From the NCBI GenBank assembly GCA_021613535.1, contig CP075492.1, positions 1,674,001-1,738,000 of the forward strand: a stretch of 64,000 nt of DNA, written 5' to 3'. This document shows, one piece after another, positions 25,434 to 36,239 of the stretch. The position numbers were made by a program, and so were the translations under genes. Position 1 is the first letter of the stretch. Each line of letters opens with the position of its first letter. The notes beneath the pieces are model-generated. The model saw only the letters and a program-made list of their open reading frames with translations. It had not been told where the DNA came from and made no database searches. Source of the DNA: Adineta vaga. Taxonomy: Eukaryota > Animalia > Rotifera.

Positions 25434-25776
25434 AAATTTTAAAACAATTTCTCTAGGTATAATAGCCCTTTGAAAGTTAAAAAGAAAAAGACAGTTTTTA
25501 TGATGAAATGAAGCATATAGTATTTTCTCAGAATAAATGTGTTATTAAAATGGTTGAATAATCTTTTAAAACTAAATAGAAAATGACATGTCTTAAAATA
25601 AATGTAGAGTGTCATTATAAAAGAAAAGAAACATACAAGAAATGTCCTACTTTTTTTGTAGCCATTTCTTATTCATTCCGATTAAAAATACTTGTTTTCA
25701 CTACAGTTAAACTACAGAATATAAGAAAAGTGTCTTCATATAACATCTTATTTTCAAACTTTTATTTGAGAAACAA

Positions 25777-26856
25777 ATGAATAATACGAATGTAATTGCT
25801 AATACATCAAATCTTATAGGAATCATCAATTCTTATAATGAAGCTGGTGTTCTATTCGTTAAATGCTTGGCTTTGATTATGTTAATTCTTGGTGGTTTTG
25901 GACATTCATGATCAATTTATATTTTTACTCGTCTAACACTTCGTACTAATTCATGTTGTATATATCTTTTAGCAGCAACAATTACTGATTTATTTGTAAC
26001 ATGTTATAATCAACCTCTTCGACTTCTACAAATTGGTTATAACAGTATTGATCCAGCAGCACATTCGATTGTATTGTGTAAGATCTCTTGGTTTTTACTC
26101 AACACATTAAGGTAAGATTGTTCATTTTTAATTAATAAAGTTTTTTTTTCTATTATTCTTCTAGATCTTTATCACCGTGGTATCTTGTTTTGGTTTGTGT
26201 CGATCGTTTTTGGTGTAGTTCTTCATCGGTGAAAATTCGAGGATGGAGTAGTGTTCGTATAGCTAATCGAATCATTTTAATAGCTACTCTGTTCATATGT
26301 CTTGGCTACTCCCAACTATTTATCTTTACCAAAATTGAATATATTCCAGCTAATCAACAATATTTCTGCAATAGTCAATCTGGTTTTTATCGTACGTTTT
26401 TTTCAGTTTTGGACCACCAATTTTTATGTTCATATTTGGTCTTCTAACATTGACACATATGAATCGATTAAAACAAATACGAGTTCGAACATTTAACAAA
26501 CATCAAACTGAAAATTTACATGATAGAAATCAAAATATGATTTTTCGTAATACAAATCGACATGCCATGAGAATGTTACTAGTTCAATGTCTAGTCATTA
26601 TTATTATGGGAGGTCCTTTTATGCCATTGCATGGTTATACGTATCTCTGACAACTAATCAAAATACAGATGCACTTAAAATAGCAAAAGATAATCTATTA
26701 ACAAATGTAGTAGGATATCTATCGGTAACTGGTTCATGTCTAAGTTTCTATTTATTTACTTTATCCAGTAGTCTTTTCCGACGAGAATTGATACATTTAT
26801 TCAAACGATTCTGTGCTCGTCATCATCAAGTACACGTCAATACTGAACGTAACTAA
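25777..26856 (+). pseudogene. Rhodopsin-like GPCR pseudogene
   Basis: TM1 ILGGFGHS*SIYIFTR (TGA 25909-25911), intron about 26112-26164, CVDRF motif, further frameshifts/deletion near 26400-26630, TM7 SFYLFTLSSSLFRREL. Confidence 0.8.
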
Positions 26857-27207
26857 ATCCTATACATTACCTATCTATCCCTCATATTTGTTTTTGTCGT
26901 TTTCTGCTTTTTCAAATCAATATAGAATAAATTACATTTCCATCATTAATATATATATACATGTTCTTTTTGTCTTATAATGAATGCACAATACATAATA
27001 TGAGAAAAACTCGGATAAAGATCGTTCAAATCTATAAATAAACAATATGATAGTTTTATATTCTATTAGCCTAGGATCTTTGTGAACTCCACGTGTTGAA
27101 CGGATCAGAATTAAATGCAGTGAGAGAAAAAATTCATAGGTTAAAATTAGACATCTATGTAAAAAAGAACTGTATATATAGTTAACGAACTAAATTTTTG
27201 TCAATCG

Positions 27208-29134
27208 TTAATCACGTTCTAGAAATGTTTTAATATCAAAATAAATCAATCTAAGAACAGATTTAATCGTTTGATGATGTTGAATAATTGGATAAATTCC
27301 AACAATAATAAACGAAATAATTAACCAAATTATTCCAAAACAAATCCAAAAAGTAAAAAATCTTTCATTAAATATATATGATGTTCCATAAAGAGGCCAT
27401 GGACAAATAATAATTAAACATATTGTTATTCCAATTGCTAATAAACGAACAAAACGAGAATTTTCTTTAATATAAATAATTCCATGTTCTACATCTTCAG
27501 TTTTTATTCGATTTGGATTTGGTAAATCATCATCAATTAATTTAATTTCTCTCATTGATTTAAAATCATATGGAATTTCATCTGGTTTAATAAAACTAAA
27601 TAAAGGAATAAATATAAATGGAGTTAATAAAGCAACAAGATTTCCAACAAGCATTGATAAATTTGATCCAGTTGATTGAATAGTTATTTTTCCATATAAA
27701 TATTTAGATGTTAATAACCATGATATTATTGAACAAATTAAACCCAATGGTGGTGAAAGACAAGCAGCTAATTTACTTTGTTTATTCCATAAAAGTGTTA
27801 ATATAGAAGGTAAAACAGCACTTGATATAATAATTCCTATCATTGTATATAAATATCCTAAACTTATTGAAATATAATATAAACCAATTGATAAAATACT
27901 CATACTCAATGCAAAAAATAATACAGATAAAATTGAAATGTAAAATAATTTTTTTCCTGATGCATTTGAATTAATATAAGTTCGATAAATATCAAATGTT
28001 ATTATTGAACCAACAGAAATGAATTGTGAAGACATTGCACTTGTACATGCTAAATAAATCATTATAAAACTTAATATACTTCCACTTTTTCCAAGTAAAA
28101 CAATTGCAGCTGATGGTAATGTTAAACCCGAATTAATATCATTTTCACTTAATCGATTTGGATATGTTGGAAATAAAACATTATCTTCAATTGTAATTGC
28201 AACAATACCCATGGTTGTACCAGTAACAAATGGTATTGCAAACCATGCAATACCACCAAGAATATAACCATGTACAGCTGATGTTGATGAAGCAGCAATA
28301 ACTTTATTATAATATCCATTATCAAGAAAAACTGTTCCAAAATTTCCAATTAAATTTATAAAAAAAAAGATTAAACCATCTCGAGATTTGATTGTTAAAT
28401 AAGAACCTTGAAAATTTCCATCAATTGGATGAATTAAACTTGCATTAACAAGTAAATCATAGATTTTTGAAAATGAACCCAATAAAGATGATGTTTGATA
28501 TGTTGTTAATGAAAAAAATAATATTATAATAATAATAATCACTGTATGAACATAATTTGTTAGAAAAGTTGCTTTTATTCCTCCAACTGTTGTATAAACT
28601 ATTGTCCCTAATGGTATTAAAAGACAAGCAGCAATAATATTCATTCCACATAATGTGAACAACAGCTGAACCACCTGTTAATAACATTAATGTAACAAGA
28701 ATATTTGTAAATAAGAAGAATAGAATAAATATCCAATGACCTTCCCGACCATATCGTACACGAATAATTTCTAAATATGTATGAGCAAATGGTGCACGAC
28801 GTTTAAATTCAATTGCAATTATTGAAAATAAAATAATTTGAATTGTTGCACCATTTGCATACCAAAATGCACCAGATATTCCATATAAATAAGTAACAGA
28901 AGTTGATTGTAATAATGTTGCAGCCCATGTCCATGATGATACAATTGATGATGAGATTAAACCTGAACGAATTTTTCGATTTCCTGTTAGAAATATTTCA
29001 CTTGACATTTTATTTTCACCATTAAATCGTTGTAAAACAAGAGTTATTATAATCATAATTAAACTAAATATAGTTCCAAAACTAATTAAGATGATATAAC
29101 CATCGATTTGTGATAATGGAAATGTCGTAAACAT
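27208..29134 (-). pseudogene. DUR3: Urea-proton symporter DUR3 (SSS family), intronless, single 2-bp frameshift (real lesion or assembly error)
   Basis: Motifs SSWTWAATLLQS, GAFWYANGATIQI, KRRAPFAHTYLEIIRVRYG, IGNFGTVFLDNGY; two overlapping ORFs join if CA is restored at about 28655 (GGSAVV-HTLCGMN). Confidence 0.85.
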
Positions 29135-29789
29135 TGTTTTTTTCTTTCTAAAAACAAAACGTGCGCATGAGAGAAACCAATAAATATATTGAGGGTATAT
29201 GGATATGACTGCTGACTTGAGGACTACATCGCACTGAGAGGATGAAAGTGAAATAAAAAATTCGTATTTTATTGTTTCTCATTCACATCAATTCTTACAG
29301 GAGAAAAAATGAAAATACGCAGATTTTACCTAGACACAAACGTTATTTTAATTTTCTCTACAATAGATCTATGCATATATGACAAGAAATCTGTCATCTT
29401 TCAAATTTCAAAAGTGAAGAAAAAGAAAACTAAACTCATCTTAAATCTTTTAGATTATACTTTATCCAGAATAGTGACTAGAGAAGGGTAGATCAGATAT
29501 TCCCACAAGGTATGTCAGATCAAAAATTATCTACGCAATCTTCAAGTCATGACAAGTCAGAAAATGACTTGATTTACTTATCTCTAATATTCTTATACAA
29601 TAATAAATATAATAAACAACATAGTATGAGAAAAAAAAGTGGAAGAATATAGAAAAAGATATGTTGCTTCTATATCCTTTATTTCTTAGATATCTAATTA
29701 TCTTTCAAAATCAGGTTGTATTTTATCCAAAGAAAAAGCTTCTTTATAATTATTATTAATAATTATATTAAAAAAGATTATATACGAGT

Positions 29790-30458
29790 TATTCCCACGT
29801 AAACCACGCTTGAAGTTGCTGAAATTTGTATATGTTGTAAACGAAGGTAAATGATGGATTTTGGCGCAAGCCGATTTTGAAAATATTCAATTCTTCGGAT
29901 TTTATAAGAATTCTACGAAAAACGCCAAATTTCAAAAACTCAAAAATTGAGGGTACACATGGGGCAATATCTCCGGAACGGCTCGACCGATCCGACTGAA
30001 ATTTTTTACAGATGTGCACCTAAGTGAGTTACACTTATCATAACATTTTCGTTCAAAAATACTCAGCCGTCAGATTTCTGTGAGCCATTCAAGATTTGCA
30101 AAAAAATACAAATTTAGACAACTTCGAACCTTCATAACTTTTGATTGAAATAGGATATAACATTGACACTTTTACAGTTGATTGATCTCTATGAGTTGTA
30201 CCTACCCTGAAAGTTTCAATCCTCTAGGTCATCTGGAGTCTTCACAATATTCGTTCCGAAAAACAGTTTTTGTGAAAAACTCGACTTTGCAGGCCGATTA
30301 TCTCTCAAGAAATAGGTCCGTTTGAGGTCAGGCTTTCACATATAGGAAGTACTATGCCTAGACTACAACGCCAGAAAAAAAATCAACCTTGGATCTCTGA
30401 TAAAGCATTTCACATGGAGGCGTCCTTCCGAGGGTTTTCAGAGATTCCAGGTTGATCT
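29790..30458. mobile_element. Probable non-autonomous DNA transposon remnant
   Basis: GC-elevated block with recurring gaaattt/aaagtttca motifs and 'ctccggaacggctcgaccgatccgactgaaatttt'; local inverted repeat atcaaccttggatctctga (30383) / tcagagattccaggttgat (about 30438); termini not resolved. Confidence 0.4.
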
Positions 30459-30460
30459 GT

Positions 30461-30516
30461 TTTGGGCTGGGCGTGGGTGGGTGTCTCTCTTCTTTACCCA
30501 CACCCACACCCTTTGA
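30461..30516. repeat. Telomere-hexamer palindrome, copy 6
   Basis: gggctgggcgtgggtgggtg-tctctcttcttt-acccacacccacaccct. Confidence 0.7.
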
Positions 30517-30867
30517 CGTGTATGTAGAGATGACCAAGGGTTTGTCGAAATTTTCTATTTATAGTACAATTCAATCAACGAAACATATTTCTTTATAATC
30601 TTTGAGTACTTGAGGATAAATATATTATGTGCAAAAGATGTAAGTTCAAAAGAGTTAAACAAAATCTGCATAGAGAAACTTCTCTTACGGTTAAATCAAA
30701 AACATACATAAAAAGCTATGTTACTTCAAAGATTACAACACTTCGATCACAGAATAGAAAGTGTAGGAAAGGATAAAGGAATGGATCATACAGGTATTTC
30801 TTCATAGTCTATTACAAAATGATGAAAATTTTCGCAATACTCCAATCACAAAAACAAAAGGAAAGAA

Positions 30868-30940
30868 GCTCCCGAATGGATTTGAACCACCTGTCTTCCG
30901 GTTAACAGCCGGATGCATTTACCCCTTACGCCACAGGAGC
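30868..30940 (-). tRNA. tRNA-Asn: tRNA-Asn(GTT), possibly slightly degenerate
   Basis: GCTCCTG TG GCGT..ATGC A TCCGG-CTGTTAA-CCGGA AGACA GGTGG-TTCAAAT-CCATT CGGGAGC: cloverleaf closes with several G-U pairs; T-rich tract downstream. Confidence 0.8.
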
Positions 30941-31206
30941 TTATTAAATATAACAAAGAAACACTTTTCCCTTTCATCACGACTATAACATGTTAGTGAA
31001 TTATTATTACGCAATATATGTGTGGTAAAGATTTGATGATTTGGAAAAATGAAGGTGTAGTCTTTCTCTCTATTGATATTGTATCGTCGTGAAATATTAA
31101 AAATTTTTTATTATAACACTAAGACAGCGGCAAAAAACACATTAGTTACTCAATCGATATTTCATCTAGAAGTGCTTTTATTTAGGTCGATCAATTCAAT
31201 TCATAC

Positions 31207-31290
31207 CCTATTCGTTTTCATTGCATCGATTAGATGTTCTGCCCCTGTACTTCCAATTTCATTATATCCAATGTTAAGTCAACAGGTGAT
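31207..31290 (-). pseudogene. Orphan RI-type LRR exon
   Basis: LNIGYNEIGSTGAEHLIDAMKTNR followed by donor gtatga; an upstream in-frame TGA is present. Confidence 0.55.
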
Positions 31291-32028
31291 TCACCACCAT
31301 TGGATATAGCCTATATTCTTATGATATATCATAATTCAGACTTCATGTCTGATGGAGATAGCTACAGAATTTCGTTTAGACAATACAACGTGGTAGTTTT
31401 TCTTTTCTTTCGGTCGTATGTGATCAAACACATCTTGTCTTGATTATGAGGAGTTAGTCCCCGAAACATCGACTACATTCTTTTTTTTTATTGTAAAAAT
31501 TCACTAATTTATTAAATAAATCATTTGTTGATATTTTTTCAATTAATATTTAAATACATAATGATGAAATTTAAAGCTGCTGTTAGTCCTGTAAACTTTC
31601 TACTCAAATTGTTACTCATAGAGAAATGGAAGAATATAGATCTTGAACTATGCTCTCATCTTTACAGAGTAAGAAATAATTTGACAAAAATGAAAAAGTA
31701 CTGCAAGATTTTATAGCTGTAGTTCCGTAGGGATTTTAATAAATAATAGGAAATGCCTTTAGATTGTGTTTATAAAAAGAGAAAATATCAAAGCTACCAT
31801 TAGATAATTGAAGTATACCTGAAAACAGATGAGAAGATTTTTCTTTCTTGTCAAATATCATTTCAGAAAAATTGAAAATTCTACAGGTATAGAGAATTTT
31901 CCATCTGCGTTCACACTCATGACAATGAGATGCTGTAGATTTCCTAACTTTCCTTTTGAGTCTTCCACTTTTGATTTTCACAATTTTCTCCTAGGTATCC
32001 TCTCTCAACTCTGAATAATATCATCAGC

Positions 32029-32102
32029 ACCATCTTGAGGGTGTGAGTTAAGAGTATAGTCTGGCCTACACCTACGCCCACACCCACACCCTCAAAAATG
32101 GT
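32029..32102. repeat. Telomere-hexamer palindrome, copy 7 (best preserved)
   Basis: accatcttgagggtgtgag-ttaagagtatagtctggcct-acacctacgcccacacccacaccctcaaaaatggt. Confidence 0.85.
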
Positions 32103-32657
32103 ACATACACGGTCTCTCCTATTCGATTGCGTGTTTAGTTGTTTCGCATGCGTAAAAGGAAAGGTAATTTATGCATCACCAATCACTGCAGAAAACGATA
32201 AATATAAACATGTGCTTTTCGCATGCGGATTCACACCTAGCACATTTACTCATTTTCATTTTATTTCGATCGTTTATGTGCATTATTTAACGGTAAGTAA
32301 CACTATACTATTTGGATTTAGTCTCCTGTACTGTTATTATCAATTTCATCATGTTTTGATCTTTTAAAAACAGACTAGGAAATTGCCTGCCTATAAACGA
32401 TCTGAGAATAAGGGACGAGATATGTTTTGTGCTTTGATCATGTTTCTCATAGTTCACCTATGTAATTTAAATGATATTAAATATCGTAAGTTAATATTTT
32501 CGGTTTGGTAGTTGATACCTACCGTTGTATAGGTGATGCTTTCAGGAATCTTCTCCTAAAGTTTAGGAAAGTGCTTTAAATAATTATTTTAATACTCCAT
32601 TTTCGATTTTGCTTTTAATAGAAAAAGATTCAATATTTACGCAAGATTAGATTCATC

Positions 32658-33395
32658 ATGAATTCTATTAAGAAACTTATTCAAATAGTAATACCATTGA
32701 CAATTGTATTGTGTTTACCAGCATATATTATTGCAACATCTGGTACCTGGCCTACAAATCTAATTGAAACGTTTCCAAATAATTGGTGGAATATTATTTC
32801 ACCTATAATCTACACACATTTATTTGTGATTGTGGGTCACTTTCTAATGATTAACCAAAATAAAACAAATCCAATGCAAGTATTCGTATCATTATCTTTA
32901 CCAATTGAAGCTACTATTGGTATTCCTCGAGCTATCTATATTGGAACAATTCTCAACAGTGCCACTCCGGAACAAAGCTATTTATTTCCCACTCAATATC
33001 GTCATATTGCACAATTACCAAGTGTACTGTTGTTTTCTATTGGTTTATATTTGTTTTGTACTACCAATTACCAATTTTTGTCGAAAGGGAAAGGAACATT
33101 ATCACCAATGATGCCACCAACACAATTTGTAGTGGAAGGTCCTTATAAATTTGTACGAAATCCAATGATTGGGTCAATACTCATGATAATGGTTGCCGAG
33201 GCTTTGTGGTTCAATTCTAAAGGATTGGCATATTTTACTGGTTCATTTTTTGTTTGCAACACATTTTATTTCATGTTTGACGAAGAGCCTAAACTTGTCG
33301 AAAGATTTGGTGAACCTTATAAGGAATATTGCAAATATGTCAATCGCTGGATGTTTAGATTCACTCCTTACGAGACATCTTTCAAAGCTAAATAA
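32658..33395 (+). CDS. Isoprenylcysteine carboxyl methyltransferase / phospholipid methyltransferase family membrane protein, bacterial-like
   Basis: GKGTLSPMMPPTQFVVEGPYKFVRNPMI...EEPKLVERFGEPYKEYCKYVNRW; uninterrupted 245-aa ORF. Confidence 0.85.
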   Translation: MNSIKKLIQIVIPLTIVLCLPAYIIATSGTWPTNLIETFPNNWWNIISPIIYTHLFVIVGHFLMINQNKTNPMQVFVSLSLPIEATIGIPRAIYIGTILNSATPEQSYLFPTQYRHIAQLPSVLLFSIGLYLFCTTNYQFLSKGKGTLSPMMPPTQFVVEGPYKFVRNPMIGSILMIMVAEALWFNSKGLAYFTGSFFVCNTFYFMFDEEPKLVERFGEPYKEYCKYVNRWMFRFTPYETSFKAK

Positions 33396-33506
33396 TAGAA
33401 TTTAAATTATTGTAAGACTGAAAACATATGAATTAATCACATATTATATTCGAACTACAAAAGGACAATAAAATAGCTATTAGTTTTATCTGAATTCTTA
33501 TTTTCC

Positions 33507-33562
33507 GAGGGTGTGAGTGTGGGTGTGTGTCAAGCTATACTCTTAACCCACACCCACACTCA
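33507..33562. repeat. Telomere-hexamer palindrome, copy 8 (spacer in reverse orientation)
   Basis: gagggtgtgagtgtgggtgtgtg-tcaagctatactcttaa-cccacacccacactca. Confidence 0.85.
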
Positions 33563-33686
33563 TTATTATTCATTCTATATTTCATCAATGATATATGAAA
33601 AAGCAATAAGAGATGATAATAAATATTTATCATTCTAGTTAAATAAATGAATTGATTTTATTTCGCTATATGATTACGATTTTACA

Positions 33687-33714
33687 AACAAGTAACACTC
33701 GTCGAGCCCGACTG
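33687..33714 (-). mobile_element. Isolated HINE-like 3' terminus
   Basis: Reverse complement cagtcgggctcgacgagtgttacttgtt matches the end of the element at 46476-46954. Confidence 0.55.
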
Positions 33715-33797
33715 AATGATTAGTATTGAATAATGTTTTCCATTGTTGAAATCATTCGTAATACTTTAGATATTATTATTATACCATTTGAACAAAT

Positions 33798-35519
33798 TTA
33801 ACGAAAGCGATTTCTGGAAAAATTTAATTGTGTTCTGAGTGTTGGCTTATACGTGTACTCTCGATGATCTCGTCGCAGAATTTTGCAAAGTGCCGACTGA
33901 GTATGTTTGAGATTGCATCCTGCTATAGTTGGAACAAGTACATATACCACAAATGTATTATCGATCCATCCAGTGATTTGATTCTCAACAGCTTGAATCA
34001 ACTTTTCAAGCAAATGTTCACATATTTCTACAATTATTCTCGATGGCTGATTTAATTGGTCTAATAGCAGCTCGTACACCAATGCTTCTTCTTGCTTTCT
34101 CTCGAATCTAACAGAAGACGACCGTAAAGACCGATACCGCCAGTGATTATTGGTATTTACGGTTTCTCTCTCTGCTTGAAACGTTTGTATTTCATGAATT
34201 ATTCGATGGTGCTCTTGTTCAAGCTGTGGCTTCAAATGAGATAAGCCATTCATGATCAGGTACTGTGTCTCTTCTTTAGAAACTTCATCTGCAAACAACT
34301 CCCAAATCATTCTTTGTTTGATAATATGACAAGCAATCTGTCGCTTTTTTCTGACCTCTTGTATCTTAACATAATGGAGATCATTTGACCAAAAGACAAA
34401 TGTTGAAAAGCCTAGGCTGTCATTCTGAGGCACAGTAAATGATTGTGAAACAAAGGGTGAACTACGTTTCGTCTCATCCTTTCCGAACGCCCTCACTATT
34501 CGGTGTTCGGAATGGAAAGATGAGAAGAAACGTAGTTTTCCCGAAAAAAAGGAAGACTCACGCACATCTTGCCGTACATATTGGCACATTTGATTTTGCA
34601 ACCGATCATAGATAATTTCAACTAAAGCTTTATATAATGGTTCCAAAAGTGTCTCAGTAGTAGTTGTCCGTACTCGTGGAAAAAGATCACTGTTTATATT
34701 CTCCAAATAATTGTAGGAATCATGAAAATCGAGAAACAAAGGAAAATATAAATCCAATGTCGGCTTGGGACTATGAGTGTCAATCAGTGATATTAAGTTC
34801 TTCTCTTCTGCTTGTTTTAATTCACTAAATCTATCATGCGGCTGTGTACGGTTCATTTGTGCATATTTATCTTGAATACTTTGAAGTTGATTCAGACGTC
34901 TAATCAAGCATGGTTTGAATAAACTAAAATAATGTTTAGTCACCTTGTACACGTGGTGACGAATATTTGGATCAAACAATCGAAAAGCACTTATAATGAA
35001 CATGACGTACCAATAGATTCGATCATGCACTTTATCATCAGTCGAATCGTATGCTTCTCTAATGAGTGCGATAGCAAATCGAACAGCCATGTCGCACATT
35101 TGCGATGGTCGAAGCTTTTCGACATATGAATTATTTAAGGGATTGTAGACGACAATGTCAAAAAAAGACGAATCTATTTCATCCAAAGATGGATCTGAGT
35201 GGCTCAGCAGGCCAAGATAGTCCATGTGAAGAATGGTTGATACTGTATCGCAGTCTTCAGGTAAATGAATGAAAATATCTCGAATGAATCGACATGGAAA
35301 CCAATCTAAGATGAAGCGAAGCGGCTTGATATCGATTTTGGGATGAATGATGAAATGTCCTTGATCATCATGTGCATTTTCCAAGAAATCAGCAGAAGAA
35401 ACAAATGCAGCTAGATAAGGTATTTTGTTAATTTGATCCTCAGTCAGTGTCAATATATGGCCAGTCCCAAAACGAAATGACTTGTGTGTTTTGGGTAACA
35501 GTTGGTTATGGACACTCAT
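33798..35519 (-). CDS. 573-aa hypothetical protein with an N-terminal BTB/POZ-like region
   Basis: Long uninterrupted ORF; LTLTEDQINKIPYLAAFV...GHFIIHPKIDIKPLRFILDW...MDYLGL resembles BTB. Confidence 0.65.
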   Translation of the reverse strand: MSVHNQLLPKTHKSFRFGTGHILTLTEDQINKIPYLAAFVSSADFLENAHDDQGHFIIHPKIDIKPLRFILDWFPCRFIRDIFIHLPEDCDTVSTILHMDYLGLLSHSDPSLDEIDSSFFDIVVYNPLNNSYVEKLRPSQMCDMAVRFAIALIREAYDSTDDKVHDRIYWYVMFIISAFRLFDPNIRHHVYKVTKHYFSLFKPCLIRRLNQLQSIQDKYAQMNRTQPHDRFSELKQAEEKNLISLIDTHSPKPTLDLYFPLFLDFHDSYNYLENINSDLFPRVRTTTTETLLEPLYKALVEIIYDRLQNQMCQYVRQDVRESSFFSGKLRFFSSFHSEHRIVRAFGKDETKRSSPFVSQSFTVPQNDSLGFSTFVFWSNDLHYVKIQEVRKKRQIACHIIKQRMIWELFADEVSKEETQYLIMNGLSHLKPQLEQEHHRIIHEIQTFQAERETVNTNNHWRYRSLRSSSVRFERKQEEALVYELLLDQLNQPSRIIVEICEHLLEKLIQAVENQITGWIDNTFVVYVLVPTIAGCNLKHTQSALCKILRRDHREYTYKPTLRTQLNFSRNRFR

Positions 35520-36168
35520 TTCGATCGTTGATAAGAATATGTGATACGCATCTTGACTAAACGCTCAAATATATATATATAAATGTTCTACATTCGTGAC
35601 GAACAAGTTGGATTTTTCCGTTTGTTAACCTTCATCAAATGAGTCATCACTGACTTTTTCCACCTTTTTCGTTCATTTTAGTTTCAACAATGTATCTCAC
35701 TTGACATCAACATCGAAAATGGTTGTCTGAGCACTGTTGAGAATTTCAGCGAGAATATCCATCATTATTGACCAGAGGATACGTATTCAGTTTAAAAATA
35801 CTACAACGCCTCCTCCATCACGTTATAATGTGTGTGGATATACATCACACCAATCAGTGATAAATATATAAAAGGTAAACAAGGCTCTAGATAAACTAAG
35901 TATTTCCATGAATTAAATTTGTTTTCAGTCAAAGTCTGTTACTACGGAAAGAATAAGTCATCAACGGAAATGAAAAGCGTCCTCTGTAGTATAGAGCAAA
36001 TTTATGGAGAGGTATTGCTATCATACATACGATCGCATATGGTAACATGACACTCATAGAGTGGTAGATTTCAAACCAATGCTATAATATTTCTTTTTTT
36101 TTCCAAATAAACAGTTAAATTCAATTCTTACAAATTATCAATAATAATTTTCAAAAAACGTATAGCAT

Positions 36169-36239
36169 CATCTTGAGGGTGTGGGTGGGTTAAGAGTATA
36201 GCCTGATCTACACCCACATCCACCTCACCTCAAAGAATG
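36169..36239. repeat. Telomere-hexamer palindrome, copy 9
   Basis: catcttgagggtgtgggtggg-ttaagagtatagcctgatct-acacccacatccacctcacctcaaagaatg. Confidence 0.85.
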
